35,508 nucleotides of DNA, taken from Spirochaetota bacterium (GTDB taxonomy: Bacteria; Spirochaetota; Spirochaetia; Treponematales; Treponemataceae). The stretch covers positions 1 to 35,508 of the forward strand of contig JAKPSR010000423.1 of NCBI GenBank assembly GCA_029571425.1, given 5' to 3'. The position numbers were made by a program, and so were the translations under genes. Of this stretch, positions 20,546-29,360 are shown piece by piece; within the stretch, counting starts at the first letter, position 1, and each line of letters begins with the position of its first letter. The notes under the pieces are model-generated. The model did not search any database and had not been told where the DNA came from. It was given only the letters and a program-made list of their open reading frames with translations.

Positions 20546-22254
20546 GATTTCTCCAACGTGATCGAGCCGCCCGAATACTCGGCTCCGGTGTCCGCGGCCG
20601 CGTACTCAAACTGAAGGCGACCGGCCTCTGAGTCGTGGGTTAGCGAAAGCGTCAGGGCGACGCCCGGCGAGATGGGACTCTTGAATTTTACCCGCTGTAT
20701 CGCGCGAATCCGTTTCGTCGTCCCCAGCAACTCGGCCCCAAGCCGCATCGCGATATCGAACTGGGCCACCGCGGGGAGGAGTTTATACGAGGGGAAATGC
20801 CCGTCGAAAAAAGGACTCTCCGCGCCGACGACGAGCTCGATCCGCGCGCGATTCCCGTCGACGGAGGTTGAGCGCACCAAGACGCCGTCATGTCCGGCGA
20901 AGAGGGCAGCGACGTCCGCGCGCAGGACCTTATCCTGCGTGTTGCGGGGAATCGAGTCGACGAAACGCCATTTTTTCGGTATCACGGCGCCCTCAAGAAA
21001 GGCGGCGAGATGGTCGCGAAAATGCGCGTTGATGTCTTTCTTTGGGACTCCGGCGAACCGTTTTTTACCTTCGTCGTTCAGCGCGACGGCGGCCCCGAGG
21101 TACTGCCGCTTACCAGAAAGGGCGACGGCGCACGCGTCCTTAACGAAAGAAGATTCCATCAGTCGCGTCTCGACCTCGGCGAGGGAAACGCGCTTCTCTT
21201 CGATCTTCACGATAAGGTCGCTCCGTCCCTCGAGCGCGAACCGTCCCTCGCCAACCCAACGGGCTAGGTCGCCCGATACGAACCCGGCGGGATCGAGGAT
21301 GTACGGCGACGCGACGACGACGCGCCCCTCTTCGTCGATGCGCACCTGGTTTCGCGGGAAAGGAAGCCACGACGCCTCGTGAACCGACCGCCGATGCGCG
21401 ATGCCGCCGGTCTCCGTGCTCCCGTATATCTCAAGCGGGGCCGATCCAAGCCGGGCCTCGACCTCGCGCGCCACCGGTGGCGGTAGCACGCCGCCCGACG
21501 AGAAGATTAGCGGCTCGACGAAGGGTCGTGTCGCGTAGTCCGTCTCCGCAACCCGCTTAAGAAAGGCGGGGCTGCACACGAGGACGGGACGCGGATCTCC
21601 CAGGGCCTCGAGCGATTCCGGATACCGAACAAGGTCGCGATACAAGGGCATTCCTGCGGCAAGCGGCAGCAGGGCGGCAAAGAGGAATCCGTAGATATGT
21701 TGGTGGTTAACGGTCGCGTACACGCGGCGGCCCTCGAGAAGGCCGCCCCAAAGCGCGACGAGCTCTCCAACTTCCGTTTCCAGCTCGGTAAGTCGCTTCG
21801 GAAAAGCCTTCGGCCTACCCGTGCTACCGGAGGTGTGCAAGACGATTCGGGCGGTGATGGGATCAATCGGAGGGAAAGATAGGTCAACCGGAACCTCGGG
21901 CGATTCGTCGGGGTTCAGAATATCGGCGACCGTTGGGAATCCGCCGAAACGCTCGTCGCAGAGGTATCCCGTCGACCCGTCGACGATCTCGGCGAGAAAC
22001 GAAGGCGTCGTGTTCGCGCAGAGAAGGGCTTCCTTTTTAAGCTGAAGCACGGCGATGACCGCGCAGAGGAAATGATACCCATCCTCGCAGCTGAGGATCC
22101 ATCGCTCCTTGCGGGCGGCGCCGACGCGCGCCCTGACGAGCGCGAGGTCGCGCGAGAAGTCGGACCAAGAGACGCTGTTGCCCGCCCGAAAGCAAACCAC
22201 CGCGTCGCCGGGTCGCGAGCCCGCACGCATTGCGGACGGCAATATTAGTTTCAT
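20542..22254 (-). CDS. Acyl-ACP synthetase (AMP-binding) fused to a FabA/Z-like dehydratase (ApeH-ApeI fusion; start moved to 22254)
   Basis: HTSGSTGRPK, IYGSTETGG and GRSDLIVKIEEKRVSL adenylation motifs, with C-terminal FFDGHFPSYKLLPAVAQ. ATGA overlap with the upstream gene. Confidence 0.9.
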   Translation of the reverse strand: MKLILPSAMRAGSRPGDAVVCFRAGNSVSWSDFSRDLALVRARVGAARKERWILSCEDGYHFLCAVIAVLQLKKEALLCANTTPSFLAEIVDGSTGYLCDERFGGFPTVADILNPDESPEVPVDLSFPPIDPITARIVLHTSGSTGRPKAFPKRLTELETEVGELVALWGGLLEGRRVYATVNHQHIYGFLFAALLPLAAGMPLYRDLVRYPESLEALGDPRPVLVCSPAFLKRVAETDYATRPFVEPLIFSSGGVLPPPVAREVEARLGSAPLEIYGSTETGGIAHRRSVHEASWLPFPRNQVRIDEEGRVVVASPYILDPAGFVSGDLARWVGEGRFALEGRSDLIVKIEEKRVSLAEVETRLMESSFVKDACAVALSGKRQYLGAAVALNDEGKKRFAGVPKKDINAHFRDHLAAFLEGAVIPKKWRFVDSIPRNTQDKVLRADVAALFAGHDGVLVRSTSVDGNRARIELVVGAESPFFDGHFPSYKLLPAVAQFDIAMRLGAELLGTTKRIRAIQRVKFKSPISPGVALTLSLTHDSEAGRLQFEYAAADTGAEYSGGSITLEKS

Positions 22255-22841
22255 CGTGTTCCCCGAACGAAGCGCCGGACTATCATCTCCCCGACGAAAA
22301 GTATCCCGATCAAAACGTACGAGATCAGGCCGTTGTACACCGACCACGCAAGATCGGAGGCCCGAAAGGCCGTATACAGCGATATCGCGATATTGCACGC
22401 GAAAAAGACGCACCAGACGACGGTCACCGTCCTGCAGTATCGGGCGATGAACGGATAATCCTCGCGCTCGGCGAGGCTCTTGTCCTGCAGGCGAGCGAAG
22501 CGCTCGATCATGGACGGCGGCCGAACGAGGGTAAAGGCGAAGCTCGCCAAAAACGAGCCGGTCATCACGACGGGGTATAACTTAAGAAGGACGCCGCTAT
22601 TAGATACCGCGATCGCGACGGCCAGGGCGCCGACGACGGCGGATACCGCGAATCGGCGCGCCCGGTCGGCCTTGCCAGCCCGACGCGATCCCGTAACCGA
22701 CAGAAACAACAGCAAGCCTATGACGGCCATGCATAAGGCAAGCACCCGGGGCTGCACCCCGAAGCGAACCAAACCGACGAATACCAGGCAGGGATAAAGG
22801 ACGGAAAGGGCCGTCAGGGCCACCGTGCCCGCTTTACTCAT
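22251..22841 (-). CDS. APE-cluster membrane protein (ApeG-like)
   Basis: About 6 TM segments, LKLYPV, PPSMIERFARL, YCRTVTVVW and WSVYNGLISY motifs. Confidence 0.85.
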   Translation of the reverse strand: MSKAGTVALTALSVLYPCLVFVGLVRFGVQPRVLALCMAVIGLLLFLSVTGSRRAGKADRARRFAVSAVVGALAVAIAVSNSGVLLKLYPVVMTGSFLASFAFTLVRPPSMIERFARLQDKSLAEREDYPFIARYCRTVTVVWCVFFACNIAISLYTAFRASDLAWSVYNGLISYVLIGILFVGEMIVRRFVRGTR

Positions 22842-22844
22842 CCG

Positions 22845-23105
22845 TTACGCGCCAGCGCCCTCGTTCAGGAGCGCGGAGATCGCGTCCACCACGTCGCCGA
22901 CGGTTCGCACTTGCTTGAACACCTCGGGATCGATCTTCCGGCCGATGATCTGCTGGAGTTTCACGATAAGGTCGACCGCGTCGATGCTATCAAGGTCGAG
23001 GTCGTCCAAAAGCCGCGCCTCGGGCACGACCTTGGCCGCGTCCAACTCGAAGGTATCGACGAGGATATCCCGCATCTTGTTGAATATTTCGCTCTTGGTC
23101 ATCAT
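22845..23105 (-). CDS. Acyl carrier protein (ApeF-like)
   Basis: Acidic 86-aa protein with the DLDLDSIDAVD phosphopantetheine site. Confidence 0.93.
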   Translation of the reverse strand: MMTKSEIFNKMRDILVDTFELDAAKVVPEARLLDDLDLDSIDAVDLIVKLQQIIGRKIDPEVFKQVRTVGDVVDAISALLNEGAGA

Positions 23106-23377
23106 GCTTCCCCCGTCGCGGCCGGGCGATTCGCGGCGATGTAATCCGCCAACGCGTTCACCGAGGCGAAGTGCTTTCGGTTTTCCTGATCCTCGGCCGA
23201 GAATTTCACGTTGAATTTCTTCTTGAGGGCGACCCCAAGCTCAAGGGCGTCGATGGAATCCAATCCGAGCCCGGACCCAAATAACGGGGCCGCGTCGTCG
23301 ATGTCCTCGGCGCTGATGTCCTCCAGCTCGACCGCGGAAATAATCAGCTTTTTGATTTCTTGCTTAAGCGTGTCCAT
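23102..23377 (-). CDS. Acyl carrier protein (ApeE-like)
   Basis: PLFGSGLGLDSIDALELG motif. Confidence 0.93.
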   Translation of the reverse strand: MDTLKQEIKKLIISAVELEDISAEDIDDAAPLFGSGLGLDSIDALELGVALKKKFNVKFSAEDQENRKHFASVNALADYIAANRPAATGEA

Positions 23378-23478
23378 TCTTTCGTACCCTTACCAATCGT
23401 ATCTATGCCGTGTAGTATGCTCGTCTTGTTTCGTTTTTGCTCATATATAGAAGATTTTCAAAGACGATAATGGAGATA

Positions 23479-23507
23479 AAAGTAGCTTTCTTGGCACTTT
23501 TTGTCAA
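23479..23507 (-). promoter_or_regulatory. Sigma70 promoter for the ACP-to-KS operon
   Basis: Minus strand TTGACA-N17-TACTTT, about 100 nt upstream of ACP ATG 23377. Confidence 0.7.
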
Positions 23508-23528
23508 CTGTAGTACCCTTTCTCTACG

Positions 23529-24104
23529 ATGAACGCCCGTCTTTTTGCCCTTCTCCCCTTTCCTGGACGTCCCGAAACCGGTCGCTCCGCCGCTCGACCG
23601 GTTATTTCCCGCTTTCTTGGCGTCAGCCCTGAGGAGGTCGTTTTCGGGGAACATGAAGGCGGCGAACCATACCTCGTAAATCAGCCTGAAACGCGCATTG
23701 GTCTTTCGCATTCCGGACCGCTCCTGCTCGCTTATGCCGGGCCCGAGCCGATCGGTGTGGATATCGAGAGGATAAAACCCCGCAAGAACCTCGACTATCT
23801 CTTGGCTGAGCTGTTTCCGGAAACGAAACGCGATGAACGCCTCGCTGAGGACGATTGGTTACGAACCTTTTACGCGCTGTGGACGGGACGGGAGGCGCGG
23901 CTTAAAAGAGCGGGTTTATCCGCGTGGGATTGGGCTTCGGCCGCGGGTCGCTCGACCCAGGAAGTCCCGGTTCGGCATTGGGAAATATCCGGCCCAGAGG
24001 GTGACTATCTGGCCTGCGCCGCCGCGGACGCTACCGTTCTCCATGCACTGCGCCTGGCCCTGCCGCCGGGTTATCGCGCGCAACCAAGAAAATACGGTCT
24101 CTGA
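23529..24104 (+). CDS. 4'-phosphopantetheinyl transferase, Sfp/AcpT-like
   Basis: GEPYL, IGLSHSG, IGVDIE and FYALWTGREARLK motifs (W..KEA..K family). Confidence 0.88.
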   Translation: MNARLFALLPFPGRPETGRSAARPVISRFLGVSPEEVVFGEHEGGEPYLVNQPETRIGLSHSGPLLLAYAGPEPIGVDIERIKPRKNLDYLLAELFPETKRDERLAEDDWLRTFYALWTGREARLKRAGLSAWDWASAAGRSTQEVPVRHWEISGPEGDYLACAAADATVLHALRLALPPGYRAQPRKYGL

Positions 24105-24846
24105 CGTCCTGCGTCATCTCGCGGGCGGAAATCCAGATCGGCTTTCCTTCATAAGCTGCGGGTTCGAGGGGCTCGTGCAGAGACAAGTCGTACACGTACC
24201 GCCCTTTACGGTTAATGCGATAGAACGGGTCTCCTTTTTGAAGCCCGCGCATGTCGCTCTGCTCGATATGCACTGGAAGGATAGGGTGTCCCGTGCCCAG
24301 GGCGATCCGCGCGCTCCCCTTCCATATCTTAAGCTCGCGGTCGGGACGGGTTCGCGATCCCTCGGGGAAAATCACCAGGCAACAACCCTCGTCGAGGGAA
24401 CGCCCGCACGCGTCGAGGATCTCCTGAAAGTCAAGGGAGTTCGGGATAAAGAGTCGGGACACGACGTGACGCACCACCGGGATGGTGAAAAGTTTGGCGT
24501 TGACGATGCAATCCCCATTCGGTATCAGGGAGAGCAGGACGGTGATATCGAGCAGGGATGGATGATTGGCGACGACGACCGTCGAGGTCAAGGTCTTGAG
24601 CTTCGCCCGGTCCTCGCGCGATATCCGAATCGTCGTTAAGCCCATCGACCACATGAACAAATGGAAAAGGCGGAAGGTTGCCGACGTCGAATGGCGCAGA
24701 GCCCGTCGCGCGCGCTGCGCCGGATGCACGAAGAGGCAAATCGTCGGGTAGACGGCAGTGACGAGCACGAGAGCCCCCACCACGAAAAGAAAATAGCTCA
24801 GGCTCTTCCCGAAGGTAAACCAAACGAACCGTATCGGTTTCAGCAT
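24031..24846 (-). CDS. Lysophospholipid acyltransferase, PlsC family (ApeD-like)
   Basis: VANHPSLLD (HX4D) and IFPEGSRT motifs. Confidence 0.92.
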   Translation of the reverse strand: MLKPIRFVWFTFGKSLSYFLFVVGALVLVTAVYPTICLFVHPAQRARRALRHSTSATFRLFHLFMWSMGLTTIRISREDRAKLKTLTSTVVVANHPSLLDITVLLSLIPNGDCIVNAKLFTIPVVRHVVSRLFIPNSLDFQEILDACGRSLDEGCCLVIFPEGSRTRPDRELKIWKGSARIALGTGHPILPVHIEQSDMRGLQKGDPFYRINRKGRYVYDLSLHEPLEPAAYEGKPIWISAREMTQDVRDRIFLVARDNPAAGPGAVHGER

Positions 24847-25550
24847 CCGGGCACCCCCGCGGGGACAAGCACGGAACGCAGAAAGCGCAGGGGCTCAGGG
24901 ACCGACGGGCCTTCGTCGCCGACGCAGGAGGTCGGGGCAAGGGCCCACGGATCGGCCGGGTTCAGGCATATGGCGCCGGGAACAGAAACGGAGGAAAGGA
25001 CAAGGGCGAGCGCGAAAGGAATATTAGGTCCAACCTGAAGGGATACATAGTCCGCCGGAAGCAGTTCGTCGGCCACGATGAGAAGTCGCTCGCGTTCGGC
25101 GCCCGAGGCGACCGCGGCGGAAGCCTCGACGATGGCGGGCACAAGACAATCAGGTCCCGGATAGCACGCTGTATAGCCTTCTACGATTCCCTCGGCGATG
25201 GAAAGGGCCGCAACGGGGGTATTAAAGACCGAAAGACTGAAGTTCGCGGGGGAGACCTCCCCCTCCGCGATAAGCCGATTCGATATTTTGTATTGTTGCC
25301 CAACCTCACCGTACACCGAGGCGAAACTAATGCCCATCTTCCCGCGCCCGGCGAGAGCCCGATGCCCCACCTCGATCGTCATCCGGGTAAGCTGGCTCAA
25401 TCTCCGCTTAAAGAGCGGATCGACGTACGCCAGGGCCGGGGCGTCGGCCGATTGGGACAGCGCCCCCCCGCCGCGGCACCAGTCGGCCCACGCCGCGGGG
25501 GTATCAAGGCCCGGCGCCCAGGCGCTCCAGCCGACGACGAATACGTCCAT
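24840..25550 (-). CDS. Beta-ketoacyl synthase chain length factor (ApeC-like)
   Basis: WSAWAPG, RRLS, FASVYGE and VSPANFSLSVFN motifs, with no recognisable KS triad. Confidence 0.87.
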   Translation of the reverse strand: MDVFVVGWSAWAPGLDTPAAWADWCRGGGALSQSADAPALAYVDPLFKRRLSQLTRMTIEVGHRALAGRGKMGISFASVYGEVGQQYKISNRLIAEGEVSPANFSLSVFNTPVAALSIAEGIVEGYTACYPGPDCLVPAIVEASAAVASGAERERLLIVADELLPADYVSLQVGPNIPFALALVLSSVSVPGAICLNPADPWALAPTSCVGDEGPSVPEPLRFLRSVLVPAGVPGC

Positions 25551-25553
25551 AGC

Positions 25554-26639
25554 CTAACGCTTTTTCTGGAAGCGAAGCAGTGAGTACGCGTTGGCGCCCA
25601 GGTTGTGATGCGCCTCGCGCAGCTCGAGTCCCCCGAGCGAGACCGCTTCCACGAGTTCCTGGCAGCGGTACATCTTGCTGTTCCCGTTTGCCATGCAGGT
25701 AAAATACAGGGAAGTCGCCTGCAAGGAGTAGGACGCCGCCTCGAACCGCTGCTTATCCCAAAACGGCTCAAGGACGTAGACGTCGCAGTCGGCATCGACG
25801 GCGTCGGCTACCTTCCGCGAGATCGCGGTTACCTCCCCAAGGGAGAAGCAGTCGAGGAACTGACTCATCCAGACGGCGTTAGCTCCCTTCGGAAACGCGT
25901 CGGTCGAGAGGACGTTGCACGGTCGCGCGTCGACGCGACCGGAAAGGCCTTCCCGCGCGACGTTTTTCAGGGCCATCTCGACCTGCCCGGGCAAGTCGAT
26001 GATCGTCACATTAACGTCGGGATCGTGTCGGCACGCCGAGATCGCCCATTTTGCCGTGTTGCCGCCTATGTCGAAAAGACGAGCGGGTTTCCGGGAAAAA
26101 ACGATGGGCAGGGCTTCGGGAAAGGCGACGTCTGAATAGAAGTGGTCGAATCGAAACCAACTTTCCTGAACCTTTGGGGAAAGCTTGGAAAGGCCCTCGT
26201 AGATCGTGGGCCAAGACCCAAGAACCTTAAGCCCTTCCGGCTTTCCCTTCCGGATGGAGTCCTCCAAAAAGAAGGCCCCGTTATAGCAAACGTCGTTGGT
26301 GAAATCCATGTTCGCGCGGGTCATATCGTCCTCAAGGACGAAGAAACCGACCTTACCCAACACGAACCGGGGCTCTCCCTCGAGCGAGACGAGCTTCACG
26401 AGCTCCATGCCAAGCCCCATCTCGAGCAAAACGCCCGCGCCGTACTCGGAGACCCCGCACGAGCGGGCGACCTCCGAGACGACGAGACCCGACTCACCGG
26501 ACTTTGACACGCAGTCCAGGATGCCCAAGTCCCGAAGGGCGCGGGCTGCCTGAAAGGCGATAGGCGCAAACGCTATTTTTTGCGCCTCGAATTTCGCGTC
26601 TACCGCACGGCGCGAGTCGGAAATGTAATACTGATGCAT
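25554..26639 (-). CDS. SAM-dependent methyltransferase (ApeB-like)
   Basis: AQKIAFAPIAFQ, LFDIGGNTAKWA, WMSQFLDCFS and SLYFTCMANGNSKMY motifs. Confidence 0.92.
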   Translation of the reverse strand: MHQYYISDSRRAVDAKFEAQKIAFAPIAFQAARALRDLGILDCVSKSGESGLVVSEVARSCGVSEYGAGVLLEMGLGMELVKLVSLEGEPRFVLGKVGFFVLEDDMTRANMDFTNDVCYNGAFFLEDSIRKGKPEGLKVLGSWPTIYEGLSKLSPKVQESWFRFDHFYSDVAFPEALPIVFSRKPARLFDIGGNTAKWAISACRHDPDVNVTIIDLPGQVEMALKNVAREGLSGRVDARPCNVLSTDAFPKGANAVWMSQFLDCFSLGEVTAISRKVADAVDADCDVYVLEPFWDKQRFEAASYSLQATSLYFTCMANGNSKMYRCQELVEAVSLGGLELREAHHNLGANAYSLLRFQKKR

Positions 26640-26657
26640 GCGATCCCTTTTCTTGCG

Positions 26658-27056
26658 TTACCGAAGATAGTTTGTGTAGATGTATTTATCGAGATTCGCG
26701 ATCCAACGGGGATAATTCCGATGGATTATTTTCTTGTCAAGGTTGGCGTCAAGGCCTACGCTGTCGACGTACTCGATATAATATCCCTTACTATTATAGA
26801 CGATGCGAATGTCGCAGGTAATGTTCGACTTTTGGAAGCGAGCGCGCAGCTCCCCTGCCTCGTCGGACATTAGGCGCCAGTGATATCGGGCTAACCCCAT
26901 TCGCGCGACCTTTATGAATTTATCCTGGTCGATCGGCGTGGGCAGGTTCTGACCAATGTACTTTGGCTCAAAGTGAGTCGTCTGGGCGTAGAGGGCCGCA
27001 GAACCCGCCACGAAACCAAGACACAGGACAATTAGGACGAGAATCGCTCTTTTCAT
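26658..27056 (-). CDS. Exported protein resembling the APE-associated ApeA-like protein (start moved to MKRAIL at 27056)
   Basis: GGAGGA RBS, signal peptide ending ALYA-Q, C-terminal IHRNYPRWIANL motif that I recall from small exported proteins at the head of APE clusters. The homology is from memory and not searched. Confidence 0.7.
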   Translation of the reverse strand: MKRAILVLIVLCLGFVAGSAALYAQTTHFEPKYIGQNLPTPIDQDKFIKVARMGLARYHWRLMSDEAGELRARFQKSNITCDIRIVYNSKGYYIEYVDSVGLDANLDKKIIHRNYPRWIANLDKYIYTNYLR

Positions 27057-27074
27057 TTTTTCCTCCGGTAGAGT

Positions 27075-27104
27075 ACTGTACTCATGGCATGCTTTTTCTG
27101 TCAA
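27075..27104 (-). promoter_or_regulatory. Putative sigma70 promoter for the apeA-apeD-like operon
   Basis: Minus strand TTGACA-N18-TACAGT, ending 18 nt before ATG 27056. Confidence 0.55.
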
Positions 27105-27236
27105 GGAATGCGTTTGCTCCTTGAGAAAAATATCTCAAAAAAGACGAATATTGGGTTTTTGTGCTATACTTCCTTTTAGTTAATGACACAAAAACCTGAT
27201 CAGCAATGTAGCTTTTGATAAAATATTGGAGACTAT

Positions 27237-29348
27237 ATGCGCCGTTTGACCTCCCCAATCCGCCATGTCTATCGGATCGCCGTTTTGTCGGGCATAGCCC
27301 TTCTGTTCCTATCCTGCTCCCCCCGGAAAGAGGCCGAAAAAGCCTCCCTTTCCCCCGACGCCCAATCGCCGGCGACAGCAGAATCCCAACCCACCACGTC
27401 GACTCGCGTAGCCCGCGGCCCGGAAACCGGAACAAAGGCTCGCGTCGTCTTTATTGATGGAACACTTACCATCACGCGAAACAACACCCCTATAGCGGCC
27501 GAAATCGGCACCGAGCTTCTGGATGGCGACCAGATCGCGACCGGCGATGACGGACAGGCCGAAATCGAAATCATTGGGATCGCGACCTTGAAACTCGAGT
27601 ATCGGACAACCCTTGTGCTTGACGGCACTGTCCTTGCCCAACGGCGCGGCGCCGTGTCCCTCGCCACCGGATCGGTGCTCGCCAAAGTCAAAAAACTCGC
27701 GAACGCGGACGATTTCGTCATCCGCAGCGGCGCGATCGTCTGCGGCGTACGGGGAACGGTTTTTCGGGTAACACGTGCTACATCGGGCAACACGAACCTT
27801 GAGGTGCTTGAGGGGACTGTTTCTCTCTTCCCGGACGGCCTCATCACGAGCGGGTTGCACCCGGCCGCCGAGTTAGTCGGTCTTCCGTTGGCAAGCGAAA
27901 AGCCTCAAACGACGGACGGGGGGGACGCGCCCGCCGCGTCCACGCCGATCATTACCGAGGCCCCGATCGAGCTTGCGGCGCTTCCGTCGTTCTCCGCAGG
28001 CCAGTCGGTCGAGGTTCCCGCGAACGCCTTCGACGGAACCGCATCGTCAATAAAAAAATCCGCCGCGGCCGTCCGCGACGCCTCGGGGGCGGGCAAAGAT
28101 ATACCCGATACCTCCCGGTTGATGAAGCAAATCCGCGCGGCGGTCCCGGCGGAAAAACCACTTTCAAAGGCTACGGAACGGGCGCTTGAGACTAGTTCCG
28201 TGAGCCCTGCGCCGACGGAAAAGACCCCCGACGGAAGCGCGCCGAACGTCGCGACGCCCGACGGGGTGCGTGCCGCGCCAAAAACGGAACGACAGGCCTC
28301 CAGCGAGTATGTCGTGAACCGCGTGCAGACGGTGCGCCCCGCGCGCACGGCCGCCGTGGGCACGTATTGGCCCCGCCCCGAACCCTACAGCCGCCAGCAT
28401 ACAACTAAAGAAGTCGCTAAAGCGATGAGCGACGAAAACACTATCGTCTTCCTCAACGAAAAAGACGCCAACAAGCCTTCATGGTCGTTCAAAGAGGGTC
28501 GCGTCGTCGTCTCCGTGCAAGAGCGGGCAAAGAAGGATTGGTCCCTCGTCGTCGAGCGACGCGAGCGCGTCAAGCTCGAGGAAGGAGGCCTCTACGCCAT
28601 CGAGTTCACCGCGTGGGCGGAGGAAGCAGGCTTCGGCCTCAACGTATCGATCAACGAAGGGGGTACGGACCGCGATAAGGATGGCGATACCCATACCGTG
28701 TTCAACACGTATCAACTCATCAAGTTGCTTACCGAGCCGCATCGCTTCCGCGTCCTATACCACCATTCGCGGCCCGATACGACAAACGCAGCGTTGAACG
28801 CTTCCTTCGGTATTACGAAAGGAAAGGCGACGATACAAGACCTGACGATCACGAAACTACAGGAAACGCTCCCCACCGAACAGGTATCTTACCGCAAACA
28901 ACTGCCGAACGGGGACTTCTCGTATGGGTTCCTGTATTGGTCAGTGTTGGCCGAGCCCCCGAACGACCCTTGGGCCGTCTCGGCGCTTAACGGAGCGGCG
29001 TTCTATAAAGCCACGCGGACGCTTAAGGAACCCTGGCACCTACAGCTCGGAAACTACGTTAGTCTCGAGCGAGGAAAGCGCTACGTCCTATCGTTCGACG
29101 CCCAGCTCGTCGGCGACGGTATCCTCGGGGTCGACTTCGTCGAGGACAACAGGGACGTCGACGGCGACGGGAATTTCTATAGTATCGTCGCGCCAAACAT
29201 GAAAATAAAGCTAGAGCCCGGCGATTGGCAGAGATACACCGTCGAATTCGAGGCAGCGGCGACTGACCCCCGTGCGCGCATCAACATCAACCTTGGTGGC
29301 TTGCGCGGATCGTTTACCATCGACAACGTCTCTCTCTCGCCCCTTTAA
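27237..29348 (+). CDS. Lipoprotein with a FecR domain and two C-terminal CBM4/9-like domains
   Basis: LFLSC lipobox, FecR motif AIVCGVRGTVFRV..LEVLEGTV, Pro/Ala/Thr linker, and two repeats of the type V.LE.G..Y...F.A, including NGDFS and WHLQL. Confidence 0.78.
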   Translation: MRRLTSPIRHVYRIAVLSGIALLFLSCSPRKEAEKASLSPDAQSPATAESQPTTSTRVARGPETGTKARVVFIDGTLTITRNNTPIAAEIGTELLDGDQIATGDDGQAEIEIIGIATLKLEYRTTLVLDGTVLAQRRGAVSLATGSVLAKVKKLANADDFVIRSGAIVCGVRGTVFRVTRATSGNTNLEVLEGTVSLFPDGLITSGLHPAAELVGLPLASEKPQTTDGGDAPAASTPIITEAPIELAALPSFSAGQSVEVPANAFDGTASSIKKSAAAVRDASGAGKDIPDTSRLMKQIRAAVPAEKPLSKATERALETSSVSPAPTEKTPDGSAPNVATPDGVRAAPKTERQASSEYVVNRVQTVRPARTAAVGTYWPRPEPYSRQHTTKEVAKAMSDENTIVFLNEKDANKPSWSFKEGRVVVSVQERAKKDWSLVVERRERVKLEEGGLYAIEFTAWAEEAGFGLNVSINEGGTDRDKDGDTHTVFNTYQLIKLLTEPHRFRVLYHHSRPDTTNAALNASFGITKGKATIQDLTITKLQETLPTEQVSYRKQLPNGDFSYGFLYWSVLAEPPNDPWAVSALNGAAFYKATRTLKEPWHLQLGNYVSLERGKRYVLSFDAQLVGDGILGVDFVEDNRDVDGDGNFYSIVAPNMKIKLEPGDWQRYTVEFEAAATDPRARININLGGLRGSFTIDNVSLSPL

Positions 29349-29360
29349 AAGCCTGCGTCG

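Noticed and set aside
18160-20614. Long plus-strand ORFs (554 aa at 18160..19824 and 276 aa at 19784..20614)
   Set aside because: They are antisense shadows of well-supported minus-strand genes, Arg/Gly-rich with no motifs, as expected in high-GC DNA.
23491-23507. Sigma54 promoter (TGGCAC...), also TGGCAT at 27085
   Set aside because: There is no GC at the required GG-N10-GC spacing. The sequence is better explained as sigma70 -35 boxes.
23403-23711. 102-aa minus-strand ORF overlapping the PPTase start
   Set aside because: It has no motif or RBS and spans the promoter region and the PPTase antisense strand.
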